Below are positions 32,306 to 43,647 of a DNA stretch of 64,000 nt, in pieces. Source of the stretch: Bacteroidales bacterium (GTDB lineage Bacteria; Bacteroidota; Bacteroidia; Bacteroidales; UBA1715); assembly GCA_016714605.1 (NCBI GenBank), contig JADKDL010000027.1, forward strand, positions 1,527 to 65,526, written 5' to 3'. Below the pieces are notes generated by a model. That model had not been told where the DNA came from. It saw nothing but the letters and a program-made list of their open reading frames with translations, and did no database searches. The position numbers and the translations under genes are program-made. Every line of letters begins with the position of its first letter. Position 1 is the first letter of the stretch.

Positions 32306-33274
32306 TTAAGGGTGTAATATTATTTTCATTCCTGATTTGTACTTTACCAAATCGAGTGCAATTGCCAAATCTGACAGTGGTAATCGGTGTGATATAAGCG
32401 ATTGCACTTCAACTTGTTTGGTATGTATCATAGTAATTGCATCAACACTATGGCGGTAACTGCAACCATAAGCGCCAACTAGAGTGCATTCGCGGTAGTG
32501 TAACTGATTGAGATCTATATTTTGCATACTGGTTTCTTTTGACAAACCAGAAAAAACAACCAGTCGTCCGCGTGGATTGAGGTGCGCTATGGCTTCTTGG
32601 TATGCATGAGCTGAACCAACGGCTACAATTGCCACATCGAAGTATTCATCGGGCACTGTAGCAAAAACTTTACTGTGGTAACTGTGTCGTTGCAGATGAG
32701 GTTCTATAACGGTAACATCTGCACCAAGTGCTTTTGCAGCTCTTGCCAGTAATGCTCCGGCAGGTCCGCCTCCCCAAATACCAATTGTTTCTTTTGGTTT
32801 CAAACCAGAAAGTTCTAGAGCATTCAAACAGCAGGAGAGGGGTTCTGCAAAAACTGCTTGTTCAAACGGGCATTCGTCTGGTATTGGAATAATGCTTTGC
32901 ACAGGTGCAATTACATATTCAGCAAATCCACCATCGCGATGAAATCCCATTATCTGCATATCTTTACAGAGATTACCGGCTCCCTGTAAACATGGCTTAC
33001 AGGTGCCACAACTTGTTCCGGGATAGACATATACTCTAGTCCCGACAAGTGTTTTTGGTAATTTGGGACCAACTTCACTTATCGTTCCTACAACCTCTTC
33101 GCCCGGAATGCGAGGTAGTTCTAGGTCGCGGTGACCTACCTCTATTATTTTCAGATCGGTACGGCACAGTCCAGTTATAGCCATTTTTATTAAAACTTCA
33201 TTTTCTTTGGGTTGCGGAATAGGTATGTTTTCAATGGAAAAGTTTCCTATTTCTTTAACGATTATTGCTTGCAT
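32306..33274 (-). CDS. Zinc-dependent medium-chain dehydrogenase, threonine/sorbitol dehydrogenase-like.
   Basis: GLCRTDLKI, GHRDLELPRIPGEEVVG, CGTCKPCLQGAGNLC, and the Rossmann loop GIWGGGPAG. Confidence 0.7.
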   Translation of the reverse strand: MQAIIVKEIGNFSIENIPIPQPKENEVLIKMAITGLCRTDLKIIEVGHRDLELPRIPGEEVVGTISEVGPKLPKTLVGTRVYVYPGTSCGTCKPCLQGAGNLCKDMQIMGFHRDGGFAEYVIAPVQSIIPIPDECPFEQAVFAEPLSCCLNALELSGLKPKETIGIWGGGPAGALLARAAKALGADVTVIEPHLQRHSYHSKVFATVPDEYFDVAIVAVGSAHAYQEAIAHLNPRGRLVVFSGLSKETSMQNIDLNQLHYRECTLVGAYGCSYRHSVDAITMIHTKQVEVQSLISHRLPLSDLAIALDLVKYKSGMKIILHP

Positions 33275-33483
33275 GGGTATTTTAAAAATGTTTGTTTACT
33301 TGAAATAATTACAATGTTTACATAGCACAAAGATGTCAGAGCTAACGCTCCTAGTTTTTAATAAAAAACTTTTACTACGAAGATTTCAGAGCTAACGCTC
33401 CTGATTAAATACCTATTAATAAATTCATAAGGATCATAGCTCTGACATATAAAAAAGATATATAATTTTAACAATTTCTAATT

Positions 33484-35597
33484 CTAAAAATTATACATCA
33501 AACTACCCGACAACGCTCTGCCTTGCAGGTTGTAACCGTCTTTTTCTGTATAGTTTTCGTCAAAAAGATTGGAAACGGTAATGCCGAATTTTACTTTATT
33601 CAGTTTGTAATAAACAGAGAGGTCAAATAAAATATGGTCGGGCTGTTGCAGTATTTTATTTTTTGGAGTATATCCTCCTTCGTCATAATAATCATCGGCA
33701 GTGATGTTTGGGCGGAGTTTGGTAAACGAGTCTTTCTCCAATCTGGAACCTATATAACGACCATGAAGTCGGCACGAGAGCCCTTTGAACGAATCGAAGT
33801 AGATACCGAAATTGCCGTTTGCTTTTCGGCTATAGAGCATATCTCGGGTTACTAGACTATCTTCTCCTACTGAATTTTTCAGGGTTTCATCGACCGTATT
33901 TTTGAGCAGATAGGTGAAATTTGCATACAATTCCAATTTCCATTTATTGCTTACCAAAGCACCAAAATCGGTTGAAAAGAGTATTTCCAAACCTCGCATT
34001 GCTGAATTATTTGCATTTTTGAAGGTAGTGGTGTCATTTTCAGTTACATTAATTATTTTATCTTTATGATTAGTTATAAAGTAGGTAATATCTGTTGAAA
34101 ATAAGCCTTTAGGAAGATTCAGAGCTAATCCGAAATCTACGGTCGACGAACTTTCGGGTTTCAAATCTGGATTGCCTACATAGTAATCTGAGCTTGAATA
34201 ATTTCCTGCCATTTTAAACGCATCGGGTACAGAAAAACCTTTACCATAACTGGCATGAGCTTTCATATACTTTGCAAATTTGTATTGCAATCCTGCCGAT
34301 GGAGTAAATACATTGTAAGATTCCTTCCCTCCACTGGCATTGAGTAGCGAATCGGCATCTATTTCATAATTTATATTTGAAAAACGACCACCAAGGTTTG
34401 CACTTAAATGCTCTCCAGTATATGCAAGTTGAGCAAAACACCTAGTTTAGAATTTCTATTGTCGGGTTTGTATGGGTTGATGTTCAATGTTTTAGACGAG
34501 TATCTATCTGAATTATAGTCATACATATCCCAATCGCCACCGAGCATACATTTTAGTTTACCAAATGAATAACTGTCGTTCAATTTCAAACCATATTCGC
34601 TCACTTTGGTGTCTAGAGAAACATATCCGGTGTCGGAATTATCGGAATAGTTCGCCGTATTTTCAAGCGTAAAGTACGGACTTATTTCAAACGAATTGCG
34701 TTCACTTTTTTGCGTTATTGGCAAATAAAAGTTAAAACGTTCTATGTCTTTTTTGCTTTGTCCGGCACTTCCCCAGTAGTTGCCCGGAGTTTCAATATCG
34801 TTGGCTATGAAATAGATAGCCTCGGCCGAAACAGTCCATGATTTAGCTATAGACTGAATATAGCTTCCATTTATCTGGTTTGTGCTGAATGTGGAATTTT
34901 TCATCACATCATTGAAAGAAGCTTCATCGAGAATTGCCAACTGTTTTTTATTCATTTCCAGTAGGTTATTGCCCCCGATGCGATAGTCCTTCATTTGTTG
35001 ACGATGAGAGAATCCGAGAATCAGTTTCGACTTGTCTGTCAACTTACCAAAGACACGAGCACTTGTATTAAACTTTCCATTGCTACCAACCGAAATACTT
35101 GCTGAACCGGAAGTCTGTGAAAAATCTTTTTTTGTAATAATATTGATAATTCCACCCATAGCATCAGTGCCGTAGAGCATTGAGTACGGGCCTTTTACCA
35201 CCTCAATAGATTCAATCATTTCGGGGTCTATAGCTGCTATATTGCAAGTACCCATTGGTTTGCCATTGAGCAAAATGAGCGTATAAGATCGAGAATGAGC
35301 ACTTGGCGAAAAGCCTCGCATCCCAACCGAAGCCGAAACTCCGGGATACTGAATAATATCAATATTCGCAACACGTTTCAAGGCTTCTGCAAGATTCTCA
35401 TTTGGAACAGCAGCAATAGCAGTTTTACTGATAATTTCTACCTTTTGCGGAATATCATCGAGCGAGAGTCCTTGACGACTGGCGTTGATAATAACTTCCT
35501 CTACTTCAAGAGATTTAATACTGTCTGTAGTTTCTGTCTGAGCAAAAACCGAGGCAAAAAACAGGCATAGCAATCCTGTTGACATAAATTTGTACAT
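33484..35597 (-). CDS. btuB: TonB-dependent receptor, BtuB-like, controlled by a B12 riboswitch. At least one frame break near 34290-34440.
   Basis: Signal peptide, plug motifs (EEVIINASR, GPYSMLYGTDAMGGIINIITK), barrel with terminal ...SLMYNF. A cobalamin riboswitch lies immediately upstream. Confidence 0.7.
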
Positions 35598-35699
35598 TAG
35601 TCAAAAATTTATAGTTAAACATTAAAAAAATGTAACCATAAACTTTCGGTTGTTCCGGATTACATCCCGGGCAGCAACGTGGAACCAGTAAAATATATA

Positions 35700-35890
35700 G
35701 TGATAAAAACCATCACTATGCTTTTTCTCCCGAAAGCAATGATTTTACTTGTGGCAGGTCTTCTGGCTCGTCCTTATTTCTGAAACCTTCCCATTTCGTT
35801 TGGCGAAACAGTGGCATATTATCAGAACCATATTACAGGACATACAGCTGCGGGTACAGCTCAGGATTTTCTGCTTTCGCAAATTACCTG
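35700..35890 (-). ncRNA. Cobalamin (B12) riboswitch, copy 1, leader of the BtuB-like receptor. Coordinates approximate.
   Basis: Minus-strand reading: GGGAATCAGGTAA...CCTGAGCTGTACCCGCAGCTGTA...GCCACTG...GGGAAGG...AGCCAGAAGACCTGCCAC (B12 box). Confidence 0.8.
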
Positions 35891-36415
35891 ATTCCCTTTT
35901 ATTTGCACCATAAATTTTACTTTACAGAGCAAATACCATAAGTTGAGCAAATGTAAGAGAATATTTTAGAATAAGGAAATGGATTGAGGAAAAAAAAAGA
36001 ATTTTCCTTGAATCTGAAAAACCTATTATTGTAAATAATGGACGCTGATTTTTATTTTCTATTAAAAAAGTAGAGTGTTTCAATGAATCAATATTTCAAT
36101 TATATTTTTCTTTCCAAATATTTAATGAAATTATTTATTGATTGTTTATATTGACAATATAAGCTAGTTTATACTGTCAATATAAACTTCAAACACCATA
36201 TTATTAAAATCTGAAATAGAAAAGGCATATACTATTTAAAATGAATTTATTAGAAGCGAAATAAATTATACTTACTATGACTTTCTTCAATAAAACAGAA
36301 GGGATTATTGAAACTAATAATCAGAAAGATATAATACAAGTAGATAATAGAAAGATAGAACTTATACCAGCTTTTGAATTTGTTGGATAAAAATATGATA
36401 TAAAAATATGTCTTT

Positions 36416-36465
36416 AAAAGAAAAGGGAATGTTATAATTTAAATTATGACATTCCCTTTTCTTTT
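36416..36465 (-). terminator. Hairpin with a perfect 17-bp stem overlapping the helicase stop codon. Its A/T-rich flanks suggest a bidirectional intrinsic terminator.
   Basis: aaaagaaaagggaatgt tataatttaaattatg acattcccttttctttt. Confidence 0.6.
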
Positions 36466-37734
36466 AAATTGCATTTGGAGATTTTGGTTTCGGTTTTCTG
36501 TAAAAAGGTTTTTTACCGGTTTTATTTTCTGATGAAACAGGCTTCTTCTTTTTGTTTATATTGCCTTTATATTCAGTTCGTTCCTTCCATGCAGGTGCTT
36601 CACCCAATTCTTCGGGAATAGGTACTTTTTCAATAGTATTTTCAATGAGTTTTTCAATACTGTGAAATTTATTAATATCCGATTCGTTGATAAGGGTAAT
36701 TGCTTCTCCTTTTGAATCTGCTCGTGCAGTTCTTCCTATTCGGTGTACATAATCAACCGCATCAGATGGTACATCGAAATTGATTACTAAATTTATACCT
36801 TTTATATCTATTCCTCTGCTCAATACATCGGTAGCAACAAGTATTTTGGTCTCTTTAGATCTAAACTTCATCAGCACCTGTTCTCGTTCGTGCTGTTCTA
36901 GGTCTGAGGAGATACCTTGAATTTTTGTTCCGTAATTCTTTTTTGATAAGTTTCTAACTATCTGACTTATATTCTTTTTGGTAGAAGTAAATATAATGAT
37001 GCTATCATAATCAGGATTGTTGTCGAGTATGTGATTTACAACGCCAATTTTTTGATTATTATAAGCTAAATATGCAGTTTGTTTAACCTTTTCTGTAGGT
37101 TTAGATACTGAAAGAGTTATGATTTCCGGATTTTTTAAAATAGTTTGTGCCAGTTTGCCTATTTTGGGAGGCATGGTAGCACTAAACATAAGTGTTTGAC
37201 GATTTTCAGGAATATATTTTATTATTTGTTTGATATCTTCATAGAAACCCATATCAAGCATTCTGTCGGCCTCATCTAAAATCAGATGTCTGATTTTGTC
37301 AAATTTAGCATAGCCTAAAGTAAGATGCTGCAAAAGTCTTCCCGGAGTAGCAATTATGATATTTGTCCCTTCCATAACAGCTTTTTCTGAGATTCCCAAT
37401 CCATACCCTTGTCGCCACCAAAAATATCTTTGCTCGACGTATCGGTAAAATACGAAAAACCTTGAATTTCATGATTTATCTGTATTGCCAATTCTCTTGT
37501 TGGAACTATTATGAGAGAGGTTGTTCCATTGAATCCGTTTTCAATTAAATCGTTTAATATTGGAATTACAAACGTTGCCGTTTTTCCAGTTCCTGTTTGT
37601 GCACATGCAAGTATGTCTTTTCCTTTTAGTGCTAATGGGATTGCTTGTTCTTGAATAGGTGAGGCTTTTTCAAAATTCATATATGAAATAGCTTCAAGTA
37701 ACTTTTCATTAATTTTTAATTCTTCAAATGTCAT
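36464..37734 (-). CDS. DEAD-box ATP-dependent RNA helicase with a basic C-terminal tail. A frameshift lies near 37354-37399.
   Basis: Q-motif region, AQTGTGKT, PTRELA. After the shift: ATPGRL, DEAD (LILDEADRMLDMGF), SAT, ARGID, HRIGRTAR. Confidence 0.8.
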
Positions 37735-38056
37735 TGGTAAAATTTAATATAGTATAATGTTAAATTGTTGAATATTAGAATTCTATTTTCTTTAAATCTT
37801 CAATAAGCTTTCCGTATTTCAAAAAGTCATGGCTTTACACGAATTATGTTTGTAAAAATAAACCACTTAATTTCAATGAGTCAAGCCTAAAATTATGTAA
37901 TTAAAGTAATTTTTAATATTGGTAAATACCTCAAATATAGGAATAATAACTATTAAATAATTGGAAAATCGAATTTAATAGTTTTTTTCATTGCAAATTT
38001 ACGTTATAAGACACTCCGTCACTTTAAGGATATTTACAAATATATTGATGGGGCCA

Positions 38057-38863
38057 CTATTTATCAATCTGCCGCTTCATTTTCTCAGAAACCAAAAACA
38101 CAGCCGGTTTTTTCGATAATGGGTTGGGTTCTACCACTACAAGGGTTTTGTAAACAGTTTCAATATTCTTATAGTTGAGAACTTCTTCGGGAGAGCCTTT
38201 TACAAAAACACATCCTTCGTTCATCATCACCAGAAAGTCGCAGTATTCCGATGCTAGATTTAAGTCATGAATAATGAGCAGAACTGCAATATTTAATTTG
38301 TTGCTTAGGTGTTGAACCAAATCAAGTATCTGTACTTGGTGTGAAATGTCGAGATGGGCAGTTGGTTCGTCTAGTAGGAGTAACTGCGGTTCTTGGGCTA
38401 GGGCTCTTGCTATACTTGCCAATTGCTGTTCGCCTCCACTCAGTTGCAGCATTTGTTTGTGCCGTAAACGAAATACATCGGTCAATTTCATGTAATGCTC
38501 TACTATGTGGCGGTCTGTTGCGGTTTCAAACATCTGGAAAGGCTTACGGTATGGGGTTCTGCCAAGCATTACGTATTCTTCTACACTAATAGCATATTTG
38601 TCGGTAAATTGCGTTACAACAGCCATTTTTTGTGCTTTTTCGAGTAATGAGAGCTTTTCTAAGTGCTTGTTATCAAGCAGAATTGCACCTTGCTGCAAAG
38701 GTAAATCGGCACAGATTCCCTTGAATAAGGTACTTTTTCCCGAACCATTGGGACCAATAATTCCGGTTATGGTTCCAAACTTTGCCCCAAATGATATTCC
38801 CGACACGGTAAAACCATTGGTATAACCAACTTGTGCATTTTCAAGTTCCAAACAAATACTCAT
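38057..38863 (-). CDS. btuD: ABC transporter ATP-binding protein of a BtuD/FecE-type import system.
   Basis: GPNGSGKSTL, LSGGEQQ, LLLDEPTAHLD. Confidence 0.75.
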   Translation of the reverse strand: MSICLELENAQVGYTNGFTVSGISFGAKFGTITGIIGPNGSGKSTLFKGICADLPLQQGAILLDNKHLEKLSLLEKAQKMAVVTQFTDKYAISVEEYVMLGRTPYRKPFQMFETATDRHIVEHYMKLTDVFRLRHKQMLQLSGGEQQLASIARALAQEPQLLLLDEPTAHLDISHQVQILDLVQHLSNKLNIAVLLIIHDLNLASEYCDFLVMMNEGCVFVKGSPEEVLNYKNIETVYKTLVVVEPNPLSKKPAVFLVSEKMKRQIDK

Positions 38864-39867
38864 GATTTTTCTAAAGTTTTAGAACGGTGCAAAATAATGA
38901 TAAAAAATATACCGCCTAATATTCCGGTTATCACCCCGATAGGCAGTTCGTTGGGGGAGATTATGGTACGTGCAATAATATCGCAGACAATCAAAAATAT
39001 ACCACCGCCCAAAAACGAACAAGGCAGTAAAATTCTAAAATCGGTACCCACAAACAAACGCACCACATGAGGAATGATAAGCCCTACGAACCCAATGATA
39101 CCTACTACAGAAACACAAATGCCGGTAAGCAAAGAAAGTATTACAAACAGAATCCTGATAACAACTCCGGTATTTATACCCAAATGTCGAGCTTGATCTT
39201 CTCCAATTCTTATGGCATTGAGTTCGCGAACAAATAACGAAACGAGGAGTAAACCTGCAAATGCACCAATCAATAGGGCGTAAATAAGCATGGTGTTTGA
39301 CTCTTCGAGCGAGCCCATTATCCAAAATACTATGCTGTGCACATCTTCAACCGTTGAAACCGATAGCAAAAACATCATAGCCGATGATGCTATAAAGCTT
39401 ATCATCACGCCAATAAGTAGCATTTTATTGACCGAGAGACTGCCTTTTTTCATACTCAGAAAATAGACAAGAAAAATAGCTACAAAAGCTCCTGCAAAGC
39501 CCGACAATGATAACATAAATGCCCCAATAATTATATGCAGTTGAAATACAATACTCAATGAAACACCCAAAGCTGCACCTCCCGAAATGCCTAAGGTATA
39601 GGGTTCTACTAACGGATTGCGATATATACCTTGCAAAACAACTCCTGCCATACTCAAAATACCTCCGACTGCTATGCCTAGCAAAATTCTAGGCAGTCGG
39701 ATATTCATCAATACAGAATATTCCATGCTGCTTGGGTCGAGGAGAAAGGGGAGCAACTGCCCGAGAGAAATTTCAAATTCGCCACTGGTAAGCGATAGTA
39801 GCGAAACGAGTATCAGCACCAAAAATAAGGCTGCTGTTATTAATATCCATTTTATTTTATTGTTCAC
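38860..39867 (-). CDS. btuC: FecCD-family ABC permease (BtuC-like).
   Basis: About 9 TM helices with the family-typical Gly-rich TM segments. Overlaps the ATPase gene by 4 bp. Confidence 0.7.
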   Translation of the reverse strand: MNNKIKWILITAALFLVLILVSLLSLTSGEFEISLGQLLPFLLDPSSMEYSVLMNIRLPRILLGIAVGGILSMAGVVLQGIYRNPLVEPYTLGISGGAALGVSLSIVFQLHIIIGAFMLSLSGFAGAFVAIFLVYFLSMKKGSLSVNKMLLIGVMISFIASSAMMFLLSVSTVEDVHSIVFWIMGSLEESNTMLIYALLIGAFAGLLLVSLFVRELNAIRIGEDQARHLGINTGVVIRILFVILSLLTGICVSVVGIIGFVGLIIPHVVRLFVGTDFRILLPCSFLGGGIFLIVCDIIARTIISPNELPIGVITGILGGIFFIIILHRSKTLEKS

Positions 39868-39896
39868 AATGTGTTTATATTAAATTACAAAAAGAA

Positions 39897-39952
39897 AAAG
39901 TTAACATATGATGGGGTGACTCAAGGACAACCCATCATATGTTAACTTTGAT
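39897..39952 (-). terminator. Hairpin with a 19-bp perfect stem (aaagttaacatatgatggg), followed on the minus strand by CTTTTTCTTTTT. Candidate terminator after cobO.
   Basis: aaagttaacatatgatggggtgactcaaggacaacccatcatatgttaacttt. Confidence 0.55.
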
Positions 39953-39991
39953 TAAATTAAATATTTTTTTTTATACAAGTTTTTTAAATTT

Positions 39992-40117
39992 AATAAATAA
40001 GGTAATAAGGTTATTTATTATCGTCAGCATATTTTTCTACTAAGGTTAAAAACCTTATATTAAATATTTTAACCTTAGTAGAAATAATTAATACGTGTAT
40101 ATTTTAACCTTATTACC
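39992..40117. repeat. Nested inverted repeats: an outer 18-bp pair (aataaggtaataaggtta / taaccttattaccttatt) around an inner 17-bp pair (ttctactaaggttaaaa / ttttaaccttagtagaa).
   Basis: Both pairs read directly and are perfect reverse complements. Confidence 0.7.
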
Positions 40118-40206
40118 TTATTAAAATAGTTGCATTGTTTTATGAAAAATAATGAAAAAAAAGAAATAGAAAAAACAGATAATATAACTCCTCATTCAAT
40201 AGAAAT

Positions 40207-40737
40207 CTAAAACTCAATGCCTTTTCTACTAGCAATGCCTTCTGTATAGGGATGTTTAATCATATTCACCTCGCTTACGTAGTTGGCAATAGCAATTAGA
40301 TTTGGTGTAGCACCTCGTCCGGTAAGTACGAGTTCGGTTGTTTTGGGTTTATTGTTTACGAAGTCGAGCAAATCGATTTCTGCCAAATAATTATCTCTTA
40401 CAGCAATTAGAATTTCGTCCATCACCAACATATCGGGAGGGTTAGTACGCAGAACTTGTTTCAAAGCTTCAATACCTTCATAGACTTCGGTTTTTACGGT
40501 TTCGTCTTTTATGCTTTTATCAAGGTGCGGATGTCCTTTGGCAAAGATAAGAACCGTAGCTCCCATTTGCTTGAGCATTTCAACCTCGTGGTAGCCATAT
40601 TTCTCAACATTCTTATGAAATGAAGTGTAGCAAACCTTTAAACCTGCACCTAAAGCTCTGGTAGCTAGACCAACTGCTGCGGTGGTTTTTCCTTTTCCCG
40701 TTCCGGTATATATGTGTATCAAACCAGTTTGTGACAT
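40207..40737 (-). CDS. cobO: ATP:cob(I)alamin adenosyltransferase (CobA/CobO/BtuR family).
   Basis: IHIYTGTGKGKTTAAVGLATRALGAGLKVCYTSFHK (P-loop of the CobA family). About 176 aa. Confidence 0.8.
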   Translation of the reverse strand: MSQTGLIHIYTGTGKGKTTAAVGLATRALGAGLKVCYTSFHKNVEKYGYHEVEMLKQMGATVLIFAKGHPHLDKSIKDETVKTEVYEGIEALKQVLRTNPPDMLVMDEILIAVRDNYLAEIDLLDFVNNKPKTTELVLTGRGATPNLIAIANYVSEVNMIKHPYTEGIASRKGIEF

Positions 40738-40744
40738 ATTTATA

Positions 40745-41587
40745 TTATTTGATGAATGAATAGAGTAATTGCAATGTTTCTAAGAATGATTTGGGCGTAG
40801 GAGTGCACGCCATATTTGAGTCTATGACAAAGATTTTATTGCTTTTCACTGCCGATATGTTGGGGAATTTCTTCCATTGGGCTATTTCATCCTTGCCTAC
40901 AATTCCCATGGTTACAATTATTATAATGTCGGGATTTCTTTGCAAAACACTTTCGCGTGAAATATTTCCTATACTCAAATCGGCTGCTATATTGGTGGTG
41001 TTCAGGAATTTTAAATAATCGTCCATAAAGGTATTGGGTATTACAGCATAGAGCGGATTTGCTCCAATCTGAAAAAATACTTTGTGTTTTTTGTGGCTAT
41101 TAGTTGCTGTTTCAATTGTTTTTATTGCCGATTTTGTTTCTTTTATTATCTTCTCTGCCAAGGATTTGGTATTTGTAATTTCACCAATTTTAATAAACTG
41201 ACTGCACAAAATATCGAACGATTGTGGGGTAGGGAACACTTCGACTCTTAGCCCAAGTTTTCGGAGTTTTGCTATGGTTTCCGGACTGGTAATAGACGAT
41301 ACAAGTACCAAATCAGGTTTCAAGCTGAAAACCTTTTCTATATTCACCAGTTTTGCCGAACCTACAATTTGCTTATAATCGTTTTTTGCAATATGACAAT
41401 AACTGGTACAACCTACCAACTTATCTTGCAACCCAAGATAGTAGATATTCATGGTGAGCGATGGGGTGAGTGAAACAATTCGCTCTATAGCATTAGTATT
41501 AAACCCAAAAGTTAATAAAATTATACAAAAGAAAAAATGCTTCATATTTCTGAATAGTAAATAGTTGTAAATAAAATTTAAAGCCAA
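40745..41587 (-). CDS. btuF: Periplasmic substrate-binding protein of the cobalamin/siderophore ABC importer (BtuF-like), with a riboswitch upstream.
   Basis: Signal peptide, RIVSLTPSLTMNIYYLGLQDKLVG, and the typical binding-protein fold pattern. Confidence 0.7.
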   Translation of the reverse strand: MALNFIYNYLLFRNMKHFFFCIILLTFGFNTNAIERIVSLTPSLTMNIYYLGLQDKLVGCTSYCHIAKNDYKQIVGSAKLVNIEKVFSLKPDLVLVSSITSPETIAKLRKLGLRVEVFPTPQSFDILCSQFIKIGEITNTKSLAEKIIKETKSAIKTIETATNSHKKHKVFFQIGANPLYAVIPNTFMDDYLKFLNTTNIAADLSIGNISRESVLQRNPDIIIIVTMGIVGKDEIAQWKKFPNISAVKSNKIFVIDSNMACTPTPKSFLETLQLLYSFIK

Positions 41588-41624
41588 TATTCAGAAAAAA
41601 ATGCAGGAATGCCAAATGAAGCAA

Positions 41625-41830
41625 ATACCTACTGCCTTTATCCCGAAAGCTTCGTACTGGTTTTACTTGTGGCAGGTCTTCTGGCTCGTCCTTGTTTCTG
41701 AAACCTTCCCATTTCGTTTGGCGAAACAGTGGCATATATTCAGAAACATAATACCGGACATACAGCTGCGGGTACAGCTCAGGATTTTTTGCTTTCGCAA
41801 ATCACCTGATTCCCTTTTATTTACCAATCA
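41625..41830 (-). ncRNA. Cobalamin riboswitch, copy 2, leader of the btuF-cobO-btuCD operon. Near-identical to copy 1 over about 190 bp. Coordinates approximate.
   Basis: Same core: ttttacttgtggcaggtcttctggctcgtcc...gaaaccttcccatttcgtttggcgaaacagtggcatat...acagctgcgggtacagctcagg. Confidence 0.8.
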
Positions 41831-42069
41831 AGCCCTGAGTCTTAATAGGTAAATACCATAAGTACGGCAAATATAGAAGGTTTATTTTTATTTTAAAAAG
41901 AATTTTATAGGAATATAATACCTGATATTTTAAGTTTTAAAATACTTCAAATAATAAATTAAATGTATTGTATTCCAATCACTCACTCAATTACAATTAA
42001 ATAAAAAAGCCAATAAAATCTTTTTTATTGGCTTTTTTTAGGGAAATTATTAATAGTATCTTACTGTAT

Positions 42070-43476
42070 CTATTTTGTAGTTCCTAATTCTCCGCTTAAA
42101 ATTTTTGAACCAATTATAGATTCCAGTAAACCAGCCTGACTGCTTCCTGTGGCTCCATTAAATAAGGTTGTAGGAAGTTGAATTCCGTTAGGACCTGCTA
42201 AAGCTTTGGTTCTTTCTACACTAGCATCAAGTTCCATTTGTAGCCTTTTTTCAGGGGTGATACCTGCAGATACTTTTTTGGAAATTTCGTACGCTTCTGC
42301 ATCGGCAATTACTCGTATTTTTTCTGCCGATTTTTTTGCTGCTGCCAATAAATTTGTTTCTTCTTGCTCTTTGTATGAAGCTGTTTTTGCAGCAGTTTCG
42401 GCTGTTATTGTTTGTTCCAATTGTGCTTTTTCAAGTTGCACTCGTGTTTCTGCTTTTTCGCGTTCTCCTTTTGCAATAGCTTTTTGAGTAGCATAATATT
42501 CTTTCTCAGCTTCTTGTTTTTCTAGTTGTGTTTGGGCAACTTGTTCTTTCTGGTCTTTCAATCTATTGTCGAAACTAGCTTCCCAGTCTATGTTTGTAAC
42601 TGCTACTTGTTGCACTGTAAGTCCATATCGTTTAAGCGAGTTCGACGCGTCTCTTATTGGTTCCCCGTTTGCATCTTTACGAATTCTATATTTTTTCTCG
42701 CGTTTTTCATTATTTGTAATACGCCCTTTGGCCACGGTTCTACTTGAGTCAGTAATTGGCGATTCGTCAATATCTTCATATACTTCTTCGGTCAAATACA
42801 TTCCATTCTCCATCTGATCTTTAAGGTAATAGTCAAACTGCGAAGAAGCTCCCGATATATAATCTTGTGCATCCATCAGTTTGCATGTATTTTTCAATGC
42901 TTGATCGTAAACCGGATATATTCTTGCATATACCAATTTGCTTTCCGATCTGTTTTTATCTGCCATTTCTAGAAATAATTCTTCATTTGCATAATTGATA
43001 GAAACTATAAGAGCAGCTGCAATGTTGGCTTTTATTGCATCAGCAAATTCTCTTGTTTGAGCATTTCTATGATAAATACCTTCTTCCGAACGTTGTTCGA
43101 TACTAAGTGAGTTTGCATTGGAATCATCATTAATTATTTGATCCTGTAATGCAATTTCAAAAGATATTGGAATAGTTTTTCCCCATAATTTCAATTTAAC
43201 ACCTTGTGTTGTTTCAGCAGCATCGCCACCCCATAAATACTGTACAGCTGTGGCAGTACCTGCAGGATTGTAAAAAAACAATCCGCTTGTTGTAGCTAAT
43301 ACCAAACCAATAAAACTCAACATTATGGATTTCTTAAACGACCACAGATTAATTAGTTTTTGTATCCAACCTAATTTAGATTTTTCTTGCGAAGAATCTG
43401 TTTTAGAAGGAAATGCTAATACCAAAATAGCCATTATTATGGCTATAATAATCAGTAAAATTCCTAAATAAGTCAT
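42070..43476 (-). CDS. Flotillin-like SPFH/band-7 protein with a long Glu/Ala/Lys-rich coiled-coil.
   Basis: N-terminal TM, SPFH region, then QKEQVAQTQLEKQEAEKEYYATQKAIAKGEREKAETRVQLEKAQLEQ. Confidence 0.65.
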   Translation of the reverse strand: MTYLGILLIIIAIIMAILVLAFPSKTDSSQEKSKLGWIQKLINLWSFKKSIMLSFIGLVLATTSGLFFYNPAGTATAVQYLWGGDAAETTQGVKLKLWGKTIPISFEIALQDQIINDDSNANSLSIEQRSEEGIYHRNAQTREFADAIKANIAAALIVSINYANEELFLEMADKNRSESKLVYARIYPVYDQALKNTCKLMDAQDYISGASSQFDYYLKDQMENGMYLTEEVYEDIDESPITDSSRTVAKGRITNNEKREKKYRIRKDANGEPIRDASNSLKRYGLTVQQVAVTNIDWEASFDNRLKDQKEQVAQTQLEKQEAEKEYYATQKAIAKGEREKAETRVQLEKAQLEQTITAETAAKTASYKEQEETNLLAAAKKSAEKIRVIADAEAYEISKKVSAGITPEKRLQMELDASVERTKALAGPNGIQLPTTLFNGATGSSQAGLLESIIGSKILSGELGTTK

Positions 43477-43647
43477 ACGTTATAGTGTTTTAGTTAACAA
43501 AATTTTGTCTCAAATATAAATAATTTATTTAATTTCAAGAAAGTTGATAAATAAAATGATATTCGAAATTAACAAAAAGTATGTATTAGTTTGATTTATT
43601 GGGGTTTTATTACCTCAGAAATGACAAAACTTTTTAATTTTTCAAAA

